DNA of 64,000 nucleotides from the human T2T-CHM13v2.0 reference genome, Homo sapiens. The stretch's first letter is position 1, and each line of letters opens with the position of its first letter. The position numbers and the translations under genes are program-made. Shown here piece by piece: positions 28,665 to 42,460 of this stretch. The notes below the pieces were generated by a model. It saw only the letters and a list, made by a program, of their open reading frames with translations. It made no database searches and was not told where the DNA came from. The stretch is taken from NCBI RefSeq assembly GCF_009914755.1, contig NC_060938.1. The stretch is one strand, 5' to 3'.

Positions 28665-31600
28665 CAAAAAAAGAATAGCCATCATAAAGATACATTTCTG
28701 TTCTGGATTCAAGAGGCAGAATTATTAATACAGGTAGACTGCCAGGAATGCAGAATGTTAATGCAGCTGCGGAATAATACACTAGTGCCACAGAGTTTAA
28801 TAATAGATAATGACAAATAATACAGTTGGGGAATTGTGTAATTCAATAACAGAGTAAATAACAAGGAAACACACACACCAATGAATGGTTCTAGTGGGGA
28901 CGCTTAGGTGTTTTCAATTTAACTTACCTCTCCAGCCCTTTGGCCTACTACCCTTTTGAGAGGCAGGCAGGACATGCAGAGATGTGCCCAGCTGGGGTTT
29001 TTAGTTTGTGCAGTGAAGTTGCAGGTTTCAGGGGCTGAGTCAGGAAGTATGAATTGTGCTCCTGGGCAGTTATCAGCTGATCCCTTTAATGCATGTATTA
29101 CTTTCCTCCATGTCATGACTGGATAGTTTCTTTTTTTCTGGGGGAGAGGGGGCCTAGAATTGTCCCAGGTTGGCCATTCTCTCCTATTACCCACTCTGTA
29201 AATCACTGCATATGAGGGAGTGGTACTGGAACATGGAGCTTGAAGATGGGAAGAGACTGGGAGTTGGGGTTTGGGTTTAGGGTCATAATGGGAGGTAAAA
29301 GGTTTAGCCACAGCTATGGTTTAGTAAGCATACCAGTGATCTGTTGTGTACTTCCCTGTCCTCAGCTGCATTAGAGAAAGGCAGCCGCTGATCACTGTTA
29401 GACCTGTATTCTTTCTCTAAGAGAATGGGATATTTCCCTCTCATTCTTTTAAAATAAGATAAAAAGCAAGGGGTGGGGAAATTAATTAATGTCAGTAAAT
29501 GAAGCATGAGACACTTGTCCGGATATGATAATGACTGTGAATTAGTGCAGAATAAATAAAATGGTATAAAAAATGAACCTTGCCAGCACACTCCTTTGGG
29601 ATGGGCTCAGTCACCCTTATAATGCATTAACTCTTCCCTTGCCTCATCCTTGGTCCTGTCTATGTTACTGTGTCAAAGCTCCCCCACTGCAGAGTCTCAA
29701 GGCTACAGTATTATAGCCTGAGGTGCCCAAAGGGAGCCCTGGCTCCAGGAGAGATTGAGCCAGCTGGTGACTGCATACTTTATAATGTAAATAGAATAAC
29801 TTCACATCTATTTATTAATAAAACCACACTAAAAAGAAGCAATTGTGTGTCCCCCGGTTGGGAGATTCAAGAAGGCAGACAGAAAGCCACTGGAGGAAGA
29901 AAAAGGGATAAGTTCCTCAAAATAAGTTGCTCCCTTTCCCCCAGAGCCAAAGTTTACCTTTGTGCTGCTGGTAAGTTATCTACCTCCCCTCTCTACTTTT
30001 CTGTAAGGGCCCCAGGCTGTATGTCTTTTATATCGTCTTCAGATGACTACAATAAACACACACTAATTGGGCACTTCCTGTGTCCAAGCACTGTAGAATA
30101 AACAGAGAGAAATAAAGCAATCTCCATTTTCAAGTTTTCTCCTTTAAGGGTGTGGAGTAGTGCTTGACATGTAGTAAATGCTCAACAAATTGTTGCTATT
30201 ACATCAGCATTGTTTCACTGAATTTAATCCCTATGAAATTTTCACTGAAGACAAGTTTGAGAGATTCAGAGAGCCCTTGGCCACTTTATTTTCTTTACTT
30301 TTGTTTCTTTGCTTTCCTTTTCTCCTTCATTTTCTTATCTCTTCTATGTTTCAAAGTTCTTAGATTATTGGCAAAGCAAATGCAAAGAACATGGTTATAA
30401 TAACCTTTGAATGTTAACACTTAAGAAATTATTTGCTATTAACAGAAACTCAATGCAGTGTAGTCACCAAATATGAATCACTGAATTCAGAAATGTTATT
30501 AATTCACACTACAGTATGGGCAGGTAGACAAGTGTCGGAATACTAGTTTAGAGTTGTTTGATGACAGCTTATATCTTTTTGTATTCTCATCAGTGGTGAC
30601 TATATTTGCAGAGTGATTTGGAAATAATAACAAAAGATTGAATTTGTAATGTTTGGTATTTTCTTAAAATACTCTGGAACCACAACAAAGAGAGGGCTGG
30701 ATGAAACCATGTGGACAATTATTGTTGAAGCTGAGCAATAGGCTTATGGTGGTACTTACTATTTTTGTGAGTGTTTAAATACTGCTATAATAAGGAAGGC
30801 TAAAGTGTTGAGGGATCCTTTGGGAATGTAAGCCTGGATGAATGACCTCCTGGGGCCTACCTTTTTCCTGCCCCTCCAAGTCCAAGTTGGGAGGTAGATG
30901 GTGAATGTTTTACATTCCTGGTGTGACTCAACATAACCTTTTAAGGACAGTGTTAACATGAGATGCCTCCTGTTCCTTTGGGAGGTCTGTAATTTTTCTC
31001 AGAAGGCTAACTTATAGTCCAGGTATGTGTGCACTCTGCCCATTCAGTCTTTGCCTTTGGTTTTTCTTTGATCTGGAGGATCACAGGAGGCAAGTGTGGA
31101 AATACTTCTTCCTGGAGACAATGGCAGAGGAGAGTCCGTGTATAGAAATTGATTTGTTAACCCTTGCGATGGCCTCCCTCTCCCACCCTGGGATGGTGGA
31201 AGAGATGCCACTGAGAGCCTGGGCTTGTCTGGTGAAAGAGTGGGCTTAAGGAAAAAGCAACAACAGGATCACAAATGAGACCCTAAATCTGGTTTTTTCC
31301 TTGTCCTCAGTAGCTTATTAGAGATAACTACATCACATAAGCTCTGTCCATGACTGTGAACTTTTATGGTTTTGTCTATTAGAGGGTGATGTCAGAGGCT
31401 GTTATCACTGGCATTAATGATTTATTTGGGCACAGGTAGACTTATAAAAGTAGGTGGGGGTATTGATTATAGTCATGGGCCAATGAGATTCTGTTTCATT
31501 TCCTAACCACCAAACAGATGTAAAGGACTTCTGTGTGCAGACCTCAAGATTACACAGCAAAGGGGCTTCCAAAGGAATTTACAATTTGAATGAGACCTAT

Positions 31601-32075
31601 AAGAATCAAGAGGTGCCCAAGAGCAGACGTAGGCCTGTATGTCCCCATATGGTTGAGTTTTGATAATCCTTCATTTCCAGTCACTGCTATGGTCTGGCTG
31701 ACCTTCTGAATGTACCCAGTATTGGCTGGCTTTAGATCTATGATATGAGCTATTTTTTTACTCATTAAAGTGTTTAAATTTCTGTGCTTAGTTTCTCAGA
31801 TGACTTTTTTTTCTGTGTGGAATCTGGTTGATATTTTTGGAGAATAATTTAAATCAGTTCTAATTCCACCCTGAAGAGCTCCTTTTGACACACAAGTGGC
31901 TTTGTGTCATTGCAACTCTGGAGGAGGCCAGGGCAGGCTTCCTGGGTGCTCAGAACACTGGCTGCCCTTGGAATTATGGCTTTATCTCTGGGGGATAGTA
32001 CTTCAAGAAAAAATGCCAAGGAAATGTTTGTCTTAGTGTATTTTTGTCCATTTTGCCTCAAAAAAGATTTGTCCT

Positions 32076-32398
<323 letters not shown>

Positions 32399-32533
32399 GA
32401 TAGATTTGTCCTGAAACTTAAAGAATAAAGACTCGGTAGACATGGAATATATTTTTTTTCAAATTTCAAAATGCAAAAGAGAATACAGGTAAATACTTGT
32501 ATTTACTTCATAAATGCCCTATTTTTCACAGGG

Positions 32534-32948
32534 TGTATCAGTGTGCTTTGGGCTGCCATAGTAAAATAGCACAGGCTGGAGGACTTGAACAACAGAAATT
32601 CATTTTCTCACAGTTCTGGAGGCTGTAAGTCTAAGACCAAGGTGCCAGCAGGTTTGGTTTCTCCAAAGGCCATTCTCTTTGGCTTACAGATGGCCATCTT
32701 TTTCCTGTGTCCTCACATGACTTTTCCCCCATGTGTACATCCCTGGTATTTCTTCATTCCAAATTTCCTCTTGTTATAAGGATACCAGTCACACTGGATT
32801 AGGGCTCACTCTAATGACCTCATTATAACTTAATCACCTCTTTAAAAATCACCTATCTCCAAATACAGTCACATTCTGAGGTCCTGAAGGTTAGGGCTTC
32901 AACCTATGAATTTGGGTAGGAGGCAGGGACACAAATCAACTCATAACA
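32534..32948 (-). mobile_element. MLT1B-like MaLR solo LTR
   Basis: TG..CA ends; AACAACAGAAATTCATTTTCTCACAGTTCTGGAGGCTG..CTCCAAATACAGTCACATTCTGAGGT..GGTTAGGGCTTCAACCTATGAATTT. Confidence 0.9.
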
Positions 32949-33269
32949 CAAGATGAGGAATATTGTTAAATGATAAAAACAAAACACTTGATCCCTATGA
33001 TCTAAAGCCCTGCTCTGCAATTCTAGAGATTGCTTTAGAAGTTTGCATTTAGGTATAGTCGTAACAACCTAGAAATTAATTTAGAAAGCTGCTTTTACAT
33101 TAAAAATCAAAAAGGTGAGCAAAAAGAATCATGGCTCTGTAAATTTTCTTTTATTTTGATATTTCAGAGGACATTATTACTATTACTAAAATATTGTGGG
33201 TGGGGGGAAGGAAAGTTGGGAGTAGGATGAGAAAGAATCAAGTGTTGAGGGAAATTTTTCATGTTTGTT

Positions 33270-33536
33270 GGAGGAAAAGAAAAGACATGAAAGGAAGAAA
33301 GATGAAAGAAAGAGGGAGATGGAGAAATAAGGCAAAAGAAGAGAAGAAGGAGAAAGAAAGGAGGAGGAGGATGAAGAAGAAGAAAGGGGAGGGGGAGGAG
33401 AAGGGAGGAGGAGATAAAGGAGGAGAGGAGAAGAAATGAAGAGGGAATGGGAGGGGAAAGGTGGAGTGGGGAGTGAAGAGGAGAAGGGGGTGGAGGAAAG
33501 AGATGAGGAAAGGGAGAGGTAAAGAAGAGAGAGAAA
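33270..33536. repeat. GA-rich low-complexity polypurine tract
   Basis: About 265 bp of almost exclusively A/G on the + strand. Confidence 0.9.
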
Positions 33537-34313
33537 TTAGTGTAGGTAGCACTTACCATGGATTGAAAAAGAGAGTTCACGCTTTTCCCTCTCTTAGGAA
33601 ACTCCCAGCTGCTTCTAAGAAAATAAGAGTGACTACATCAGAGAGATGCAAACAGGAAGAGAAAGTAAATGGAGGCCCTGGAGAGGGAGAGCTTGGGTAT
33701 TGAGGTTTGGTGTGGATAGCTGAGAACCATCCAACATTAATGAGCACAAATGTGTGCACAGGCTGAAAATGTCTCTCCAGGGACGCTGATGACTTGAGCT
33801 TTGTGTGTGCCATTGGAAATCATGAATGAGAAAATAACTGACTCGCTCTCTCAGACAATCTGGTTTATGGACCTGAAGCTCTTATTTGCTGTCAGGTTGT
33901 TCATCTCCACGCCTCTGTGAGATATTATTGAAACAGAACCCAGCACTGTCCTCCTTGCCAAAGTGGTTGACGTTGGCCTTAACTTTCCCCAGTTCTGAGA
34001 CAGGGACAGACTGGCTAATGTAAGTGTGCCCTGTGGATGTGCAATTTAGAGGGAGGAATGGGAAAGTATGTTGTATGCAGCTAGGGACGCACACACAGAG
34101 GATATTTTCACTGATTCCTCTCTGTGGGCATAACTACTGTCTTGAAGGCCTTTGCTTTTCTGGTTTTATGATTTCCAAGCCTCTTTCCTGAATCTTAGAA
34201 GTCAAAACTCAAGCTAAGCTGCAACAGAAACTTCATCTTTTCTCAGAATAAAATCTATTTTCTTCCCCTTCCCATGGTAAACAAATTATGTTGACAGACA
34301 AATGAGGGATTAG

Positions 34314-34818
<505 letters not shown>

Positions 34819-34849
34819 TGAGTTTTCTAAACTTCTGGGTAAGGCTGTT

Positions 34850-34990
34850 TGACTTTGGACATGACGCTAGGCTTAACTGAGCCTCTATTTTACCTTATGC
34901 ACAGTGGGCATACTCCTTACCTTACTTACTTCACAGGTTGGCTTTGAAAACAAAATCATATAGGAAAAATATTCTGAATATGCTGAAGAG
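34850..34990 (+). mobile_element. MIR fragment
   Basis: TGACTTTGGACA..CTGAGCCTC..CACAGGTTG..GAAAACAAAAT. Confidence 0.5.
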
Positions 34991-35219
34991 CCAGAAAACA
35001 TAGTATTATCACTTTCTTGGTTTTGCTGTACCCATGTATGAATCTTTTCTGCAGCATCCCTGCTGCATGCTTGTTTCTATGTCCCCATGTCCTGCCTCAG
35101 TTGAATGCATCTGGTGGTGGGGAGCTTACTACCCTTTAAGGAAAGTCATTGTTTAAAAACATGTATATATAATTTTTAATTTTTACAGAAAAATGTTTGC
35201 ATTGAGCCCAAGTCTGCCT

Positions 35220-35415
35220 AATAATAATAGCAGTAAGCTAACTCTCATGTAAGGTATACTCTGCAGCAGACCCACTTTGGGAACTTTACATATATTAACA
35301 TTTATTACATTTATTATTCTTAGCCACCCTATAAGGTGGGTACTGTTATTATTCCGATTTTACATGCAAGAAAACCAAGGCACAGACAGAGTAGGTAACT
35401 TGTCCTAGGTCACGG
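35220..35415 (-). mobile_element. MIR SINE
   Basis: ACCCTATAAGGTGGGTACTGTTATTATTCCGATTTTACATGCAAGAAAACCAAGGCACAG..GTAACTTGTCCTAGGTCAC. Confidence 0.85.
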
Positions 35416-35559
35416 GGTAATAATTTTTACCTGCTGGCTCTTGTTTTTCTGTCCATAGCTGACCCAAAATATTTGATGACCGGTATTTTGTCCTCTTTGA
35501 GTGCTCCCTTTGCCGGTCTACCATCTCCTTTCCCTTGCTTTCTTCTGCATGTGCCTCCT

Positions 35560-36060
35560 TCTGAAGTTTTCCCACAGCAGGCCCCACTCTCCAAGGGTGT
35601 TTCGACCTATTCAGAAAAGAGTTGCATTGCTGGGTCCCCTTGGACCTGCTGCTGCCGGTCGGCTGGGAAGAGTTATAAAGAAGAAAGGACATTTTCAAGC
35701 TAAGCTCTCCTGGAAACTGGTAGGATGGCGTGAGCTGGTCCACAGGCCCCAGCTGCCAGATGATGGGAATTGGGATCAGCTGTGACCTAATTATGAGTCT
35801 CGTAAACCTGCATTGTGCCCTTCATTTTCCAGCTCATTGACCACTCAGAGGGGGAGGGAAAAGGGATGAGATTCTGGTCAAGTCCTTCCTGCCACTACCA
35901 TGTGGCCAAGGTCACAGGCCAATGATGTCCAGAGGGAGTTGGGGCAGGGGATGCGCTCTTTGTCTTCTCTGAATGAAGCGAGCGAGGAGTGAGGCAGAGA
36001 GGAAGGAAGATTTGCAGACAAGCAAGCCTCCCAGGAGCTTGTTGGATTGGAATGTATTCT
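35560..36060. promoter_or_regulatory. Candidate enhancer or alternative promoter (unique, GC-elevated, motif-dense)
   Basis: Several retained CpGs; TATAAA 35674, CAGCTG 35750 and 35777, TGACCT 35783, CCAAGGTCA 35906, CCAAT 35919; motif evidence only. Confidence 0.35.
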
Positions 36061-36504
36061 CAGGTCTATTGTAGAGACAGAAATTCCAGATTTAGCATTC
36101 TGTCATTGTCAGAATAACAAATTAATATGTCTTATGCCCACACAACTACATATACGCAAATATACAGGCATGAAACGGAATATCTGGCAGATATCATGTA
36201 TTTTATAACTCTTTGGGGACAAAGACTGTGCTGAGAATTCATTTTTATACTGATAGAGAACCCCAGCTCCCCACCTCCAAACCAAACACATAATCTCCAC
36301 ATCACATAGATGTGGGCGATTCAAATTGCTTTCTCCTGTCAAAAGGTAGCATCTATGAATCACTAAGTAGAGTCTATGAAATTCTCAGTTGAGAATGTGT
36401 CTATAAAATTTCCTCCTTTCTTACCTTTTTAAATAAAATTACTAATTTCTCTCTCAAATCTGACTGTGGAAGCCTTAGGACTAGTGGGATATTGCAGAAA
36501 GAAT

Positions 36505-36740
36505 GTGACGTTTGGGACCAGGAAGGTGCTGAGATTCGGATTCCGCCTCTGCTGCTTACCATGTGGGCAACGCTGACTCTGGGCAAGTTACTTAGCTCTC
36601 TTAGCCTCTGTTTCCTCATGAGTCAAAACTGGGAATAAATAATAATAACCTTTTAGGGTTGTTTTATCTCTATGATTAAACAAAATAATAGATATGACAT
36701 ACATTATAGGTCTATCACATGATAAACGCTTAAGAACAGA
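36505..36740 (+). mobile_element. MIR SINE
   Basis: TGACTCTGGGCAAGTTACTTAGCTCTCTTAGCCTCTGTTTCCTCAT core. Confidence 0.85.
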
Positions 36741-37801
36741 GACTCCTTTTACTTTCCAGTTATCCAAGGTATAGAGTATGAGAGGGGCAGGTGGCTGTGC
36801 AGTGGTACATCTTAGTGCATAATCTCTAGATTTTTGGATTTTTTTATATTGAGAAGTGGACTGCCAAAATTTTTGTTAAATGAAAATATTTTAAAAATAA
36901 TTACCGTCAATTAACATTATTTCATAAAAAAGACATTCTAACATTCTAAAGAAAGCCTTCAAAGGAGTGTGTGAAAATTAAATAAGATCGTGCATATAAA
37001 GTACTTAATAGTTTATATTAGTTCCTAGCTTTGATAAGCATTTTAAAAAGCACTAGGTATAGTTTTTAGATATATTAGTTTTAGTATTGGTATAGTATAA
37101 ATGTTACCATACCAAGAATCAAGTCCAAAATCTCTAACATGACATATAAATGGGTGTTCACACACACATAAGCCATTTGTACCCCACAACCCCAGTATAA
37201 AGCTATTTACAGATACACTCTACTCCAGCCAGGGGTCCCAGATATAAACACTTGTAGGGGCTGGGTGGATAATATCATTAAGTAACATAGATAGCAGGTA
37301 AGAAAAACTCTGACGTGGTGTTAGTCTGTCTTTTATCCTTCATTGTTGTTTTAAACATGGATTCAAGCTCTGAATAATAATAAGAGCCAACATTTATAAT
37401 GGCAAAGAAGAATATCATCTTGCTATGTGTTCAAGCTAAGCATATGTTTATGTGTAAGCATAGCTTTGCCAAGTATAAAAACTAGTTTGGAAATCCTGTA
37501 TGGACTCAATCAGCTTAATTTTTACATTTTTAACCCTCTGATTTTGTCTTTATGTTTATCTTCACCAGTTCTGGTTCTGCATAGAAAGTCTTTAGAGGAA
37601 TGTACCCTTTCCGATAATGCTTCCAGATCCAAAGGATGCCTCGAAAGTGACCAGGAATTGCTACAGATGGTTGACTTTTACCCAGTTGCCAACGTTCTTC
37701 TGGGGATGCTGTGCGTTTTGTGTCCTCATCCCAACTCCTAGCCACTTCAGGTTTTTATAGATGATCTTCAGACAAAAATAGATTAAGAATTAGCCAGGAG
37801 G

Positions 37802-38088
37802 GGTCAGGCATTGTGGCTCATGCCTGTAATCCCAGCACTTTGGGAGGATCAGGTGGGTGGATCACCTGAAATCAGGAGTTCAAGACCAGCCTGGCTAACA
37901 TGGTGAAACCCTGTCTCTATTAAAAAAAAAAAAAATTAGCCAGGCATGGTGGCACGTGCCTATAATCCCAGCTACTTGGGAGGCTGAGGCAGGAGAATCA
38001 CTTGAACCTGGGAGGCAGAAGTTGTACTAAGCCAAGATCGCGCCTTTGCACTCCAGCCTAGGCAACAATCGTGAAACTCCATCTCAAA

Positions 38089-38127
<39 letters not shown>

Positions 38128-38128
38128 A
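37802..38128 (+). mobile_element. AluSx/Sq-like SINE with (TAAA)n tail
   Basis: Perfect 17-bp TSD AAGAATTAGCCAGGAGG (37785-37801 / 38129-38145). Confidence 0.97.
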
Positions 38129-39684
38129 AAGAATTAGCCAGGAGGAATGACAAATAGATTTCATCTTTGGACTACCCTCTTTAGGGGAAAGTTGTGGTTC
38201 TTCATCCTGCTGGTATTTAATGGATTCAGCTTCATATAGGGGATACTAGCTTGGAAGGGGAGATACTTAGAGAAAAAATGACTTTCAGTGCTATAGCAAA
38301 AAGGAATTTAAAACATTTCAAAAGCCCCCAACCTCAGTACATTCCAAAGCAGGATAAAATAAATACAAACAAAAAATCAACACCTACACCAAACCAGGCT
38401 AATATAAGACAAAACCTACTTAAGGTCCAGATTTTTTTGTCCCAGCATTTAAAAACAGTGCCAGCATGGACTGAAGTAAACACGCTGCAATGATTTCTCA
38501 GCTTGGGAAACTGTCCTTTCTTATATGTGAGATGCCTACAGAGGAAGCAGAAAGATAGTAATTTCTTTCCCTTGCTTTTCTGGGAGATGGATCTCAGTGT
38601 TTTTGTCCCTTGGTCCTAGCCATTTTAAAGAGACTGCTGCCAGAAGAACCACTTAGCACAATTGTGAAAACCTAGTCCCCATCCATAGCAGAGATGCTTT
38701 CCTTTAAGCTGTACTTTTTGAGATATTATTGACATCAATATTTGTTAAAACCAACCTTCGTGGAGCTGTTGCTATGTAAAATATATTACACTTAGGTCAC
38801 CAAGTCATTAGTCCAATATAGGTATTTGGAAGTTGGTTTTTAGTCATTCTCTTTAATTCAAATGGAATTAGGGTCAGAAGAAATGTTCAAGTCCTAATCA
38901 CTTAGAAACCCATATTTGGCGTGTTTTGTTGCTTGGGTAAAGGGAGTAAGACCTCATGGCTTGAAAGAATCCTACCAGAGGTGTTTTGTTTTTTTTTTTG
39001 TCTGATTTCCTTTTTCAAACTTGATAAGGGAGTAGGCAAAAAATGTCTGAGTCACCAGAACTGGGGTTTCACAAATGAATGGTCTCGCTGTAACCTAAAG
39101 TAAGGGTTGAAGTGGGGGAAGATGAAACAATAGGTGGCTGTAGCACTGGAAGAATATTTGCAGCCCCACAAACTAATGTCTGAATTACTTAGGATACATC
39201 CCTCTGTCTAGAGCCAGCCCAAAAAAATATGTGATTCCTGCCCTGATTCAGATAGAGATATCTCCAGGCTACTTACTATATGTATTTATTATGAAGTACA
39301 TGAATAAATCACCACCCAAATACAGTAAATGCATTGGTATTAAAAATTAACACAGACTTTTTGTTGTCTGTCATCCCATCATTTTCTCTTTAATGAAATA
39401 ACGGTCTGGAATACCACCTAATGGCCTGAGATGCCTCAGAGTGAGGTGTGTTTTTACCAATTCTTTAACTTAATCAGACTGGCCTCTTGATATGGGGCCA
39501 GGTTCTTCTGAGTAACTCACTCTGAAGAAAAGCAGGATGGATTGATTCATGGAATATGGAAGTGTTTGCCTAGTGGGCTTCTTTTCAAAAGCTCAAGAAC
39601 TTTTTCTAAGGTCCCTGGTGTACCCTGGGGAAAAAATATTCTTGACTTTTTTTTTTTTTTTGTCAAACTGTTTGTATATGTGGG

Positions 39685-39723
39685 GTGTGTGTGTGCGTGC
39701 GTGTGTGTGTGTGTGTGTGTGTG
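39685..39723. repeat. (TG)n microsatellite, preceded by a T15 run
   Basis: TG units with two CG interruptions. Confidence 0.95.
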
Positions 39724-41035
39724 AAGTTGCATGTTGGTACATACTTGAGATGTCACTATAGCTTTTCTTGCCATTTTTCATTCCATTTCTACTGGGATGA
39801 GCAAAATTGACAGCTTCTAGACATCTGGAAAGAGGCTTTTGATCTTAGGAAGTGAAGTACATAATCATGGCCAATTTTACCTATGAGGAAGATAACTAAG
39901 TGGTTTCTCAAATGCCAGAATAAAAAAATGACTTCTTGTTTTTCAAAACAAGGCATAGAGATCCCAATAGCAACACAGAATGTTTCTGTGTATCAGAGCA
40001 GAAAAAGGGGAATTGAGGTAGCATTGGTTGAACACACACTATGTGCCAGGCTTTACACTAATTTGCTTGAATAATTTAAGTGAGTAACAGAACAATGTTT
40101 CCACTAAGTTGCAGCAAAAACTACACATCTTAGACTTTCCTTAGTGACATCTCGAATCTTCAGGGAAGGTGGGGGGTGAATAATTGAAATAACTCTTGAT
40201 TTCTTATATTAGGGACCAGGAATATGCCCTTGATAGGAAATCTGTCATTTGGAGGTCATTTTGGCCCTTTCTGGAAGAAAAGGAGACATTGAGTGCTTTG
40301 AGGTTCCAACATCACCACATACCAGTTAGTGAAGGTGACAGTCTTCTGGATCTCTGACCAGCACCAGGGCTGTTGGCCCTTGTTGCTGCCCCCATCAGTC
40401 TGAACAGACTCTTTTCCCAAAGAAATTTGCTAAAATGACAAATCAGTTATCACTGTCTATTAGGACATCCACTGCATCCATCTATCCTAATATCTTCCTC
40501 ACTTATGCCTCAGCGGCATGTTTTACTTCTATTTACTGGTACCACAGTCTTAGCAAAAGTAGCACATTGATTATAGGAGTTGTGAAGCCTTGAGCCCTGA
40601 CAAATGGGGACCACATTGAAGAAAATGGAGGGACAAGATACTAATACAATTTCCATTAATGACCTGGATAGAGTCCCCAGGCATTGCTTATGTATTTAAT
40701 TTTTATTCTGATTATTTTTAACATTGTAGGCAGAATGCCAGAACGCCAACCATCTTAGCTTCTTCAACATTATACAGTGAAAGCCAGAGGGGAAACCTAA
40801 CTCATCAGATCATAGTTGACATTGGGGGAAAAAAATAAAGGTCAGCCTACAAAATTTCTTCAGACTTTGATTAATACAGTTGTAGATTTGAAAAAAATGT
40901 TTTATTTGAGTTTTCTTCCTACATATTTTGAGTTTGGATGTAAAATATTTTCTTTTGAATTTGGAAGACCACTTCTCTAAGAATGGAGAGTTAATTAGAT
41001 GATTTTCTTTTCTTTCTCATTGGAAATGTAAACCG

Positions 41036-41485
41036 TGTTCATTTATTCAACAAATATTAATTGAGTGTCTGCTATGTGCCAGACACTGTTTTAGGAACCT
41101 GGAATGCTTTCAGGAACAAAAAGAGAGGAAAAAATATCCTTCCTTTTGTAAAGTTTACATTTTAGTAAAAGGAGAAAGAGGCAATGCAATAAACATTACA
41201 AGTAAATTCCTTTTATAGTATGTTAGAAGATTATGAGATTATAGGAGAATACCAAGCTGAGCAGGGTAAGAGGATAGAGGTGCTGAGTAGGAGGATAGGT
41301 GAATCCAAAGATGAAGGGGTTGGTTATGTCGTTATTTGGGGAATATAAGGCCAGTACGTCTGGAATGCAGGGAAGAGGGAGAAGTTAACTACTGGGAGCC
41401 AGAGCATAGTAGGTCTTTTTGGCCCCTGAAGGACTCCAACTTGTACTTTGAGTTAAAATGGGAGCCACTGCAGAGTCTTGAGCAG
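41036..41485 (-). mobile_element. L2 (L2a-like) 3' fragment
   Basis: TTCATTTATTCAACAAATATTAATTGAGTGTCTGCTATGTGCCAGACACTG..ATGGGAGCCACTGCAGAGTCTTGAGCAG. Confidence 0.85.
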
Positions 41486-42135
41486 TCTTAACTCATGTGA
41501 CTAGCATGAGTTAACTTGAGTCTTAAGATGCTTGTGTTGGCCTCTGTAATGTACCAAGAACAGTTTCTTGCCCTATGATTCCAGTTTTCGATAAGTTATG
41601 CCATCACTTGCTGCAAAACAGACCTCACCCACCATGACACTGGGCCAGTGGCTATTTATTCCTGATGAGGCATTGTAGGATCTAGATCAAACTACTGTTT
41701 CTTCCAAGCTTCCTGATTGCACATTTTCATGGAAAAATGCAAGGGTATGTGGTGCCTAGGAAAAGGACAGTAGAAACGGTAATACATTTTACTCTTGAGC
41801 ATAAGTTTTGATTAACTTTGTCATTATTTCAAGCCAATATAGCCACAAACATAATTGGTGGTTATGAAATTATGCAATCACACTGTCTGAGGCCTCATTA
41901 CCCTTTAACTTATAAATCTGCCTTGCCATCTTTCCATGATCCTCTTAAAGAATGTACCTACCCACCACCTACATAATAAAAAAAGCCACAAGCCCCAGCC
42001 TTGGGGGAATTGTATTGATTTATAAAGAGAGAGGCTATCACTTGCTGTTCTCATTAACCTGGAAATAGACACCACATTTTATCTGCTGCTCTGTTTCCTG
42101 CTGTAGATCTGTGTAGTAAATCCATTAATCTGTCT

Positions 42136-42220
42136 GTCCATTCATCCATCCATCCATCCATCCATCCATCCATCCATCCATCCATCTATCCATCTGTCCA
42201 CCCATCTGTCTTTCCATCCA
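42136..42220. repeat. (CATC)n tetranucleotide microsatellite
   Basis: About 11 perfect CATC units with degenerate flanks. Confidence 0.95.
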
Positions 42221-42279
42221 AATTTCCATTTTTAAAGGGACTATTTTGTGTCAAGTGTCATACTGGGAGGCAATATATT

Positions 42280-42460
42280 TCATGGTTAGATATATAGGCT
42301 GTATGTAGCCTCAGACTGTCTGGAATTAAATTCTGCCCATTACTTTAGCTATATGACCTTAAGTAAGTTTTGTTATTTGAGCCTCAGCATCTTCCTCTGT
42401 AGGATGAGAATGGTAATCAAATGTATCGAAGAGTTGTTATAAGGATCACAAAGTTAATTA
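42280..42460 (+). mobile_element. MIR SINE
   Basis: TCAGACTGTCTGG..TAGCTATATGACCTTAAGTAAGTT..TGAGCCTCAG..CTGTAGGATGAGAAT. Confidence 0.75.

Noticed and set aside
33164-33703. Overlapping ORFs rich in K/E/R/G or P/S/F/L
   Set aside because: Produced by the GA-rich low-complexity tract
40730-40840. Possible exon (TTGTAG acceptor, AAG|GTCAGC donor)
   Set aside because: The acceptor tract is A-interrupted and the donor is weak; such pairs are common by chance
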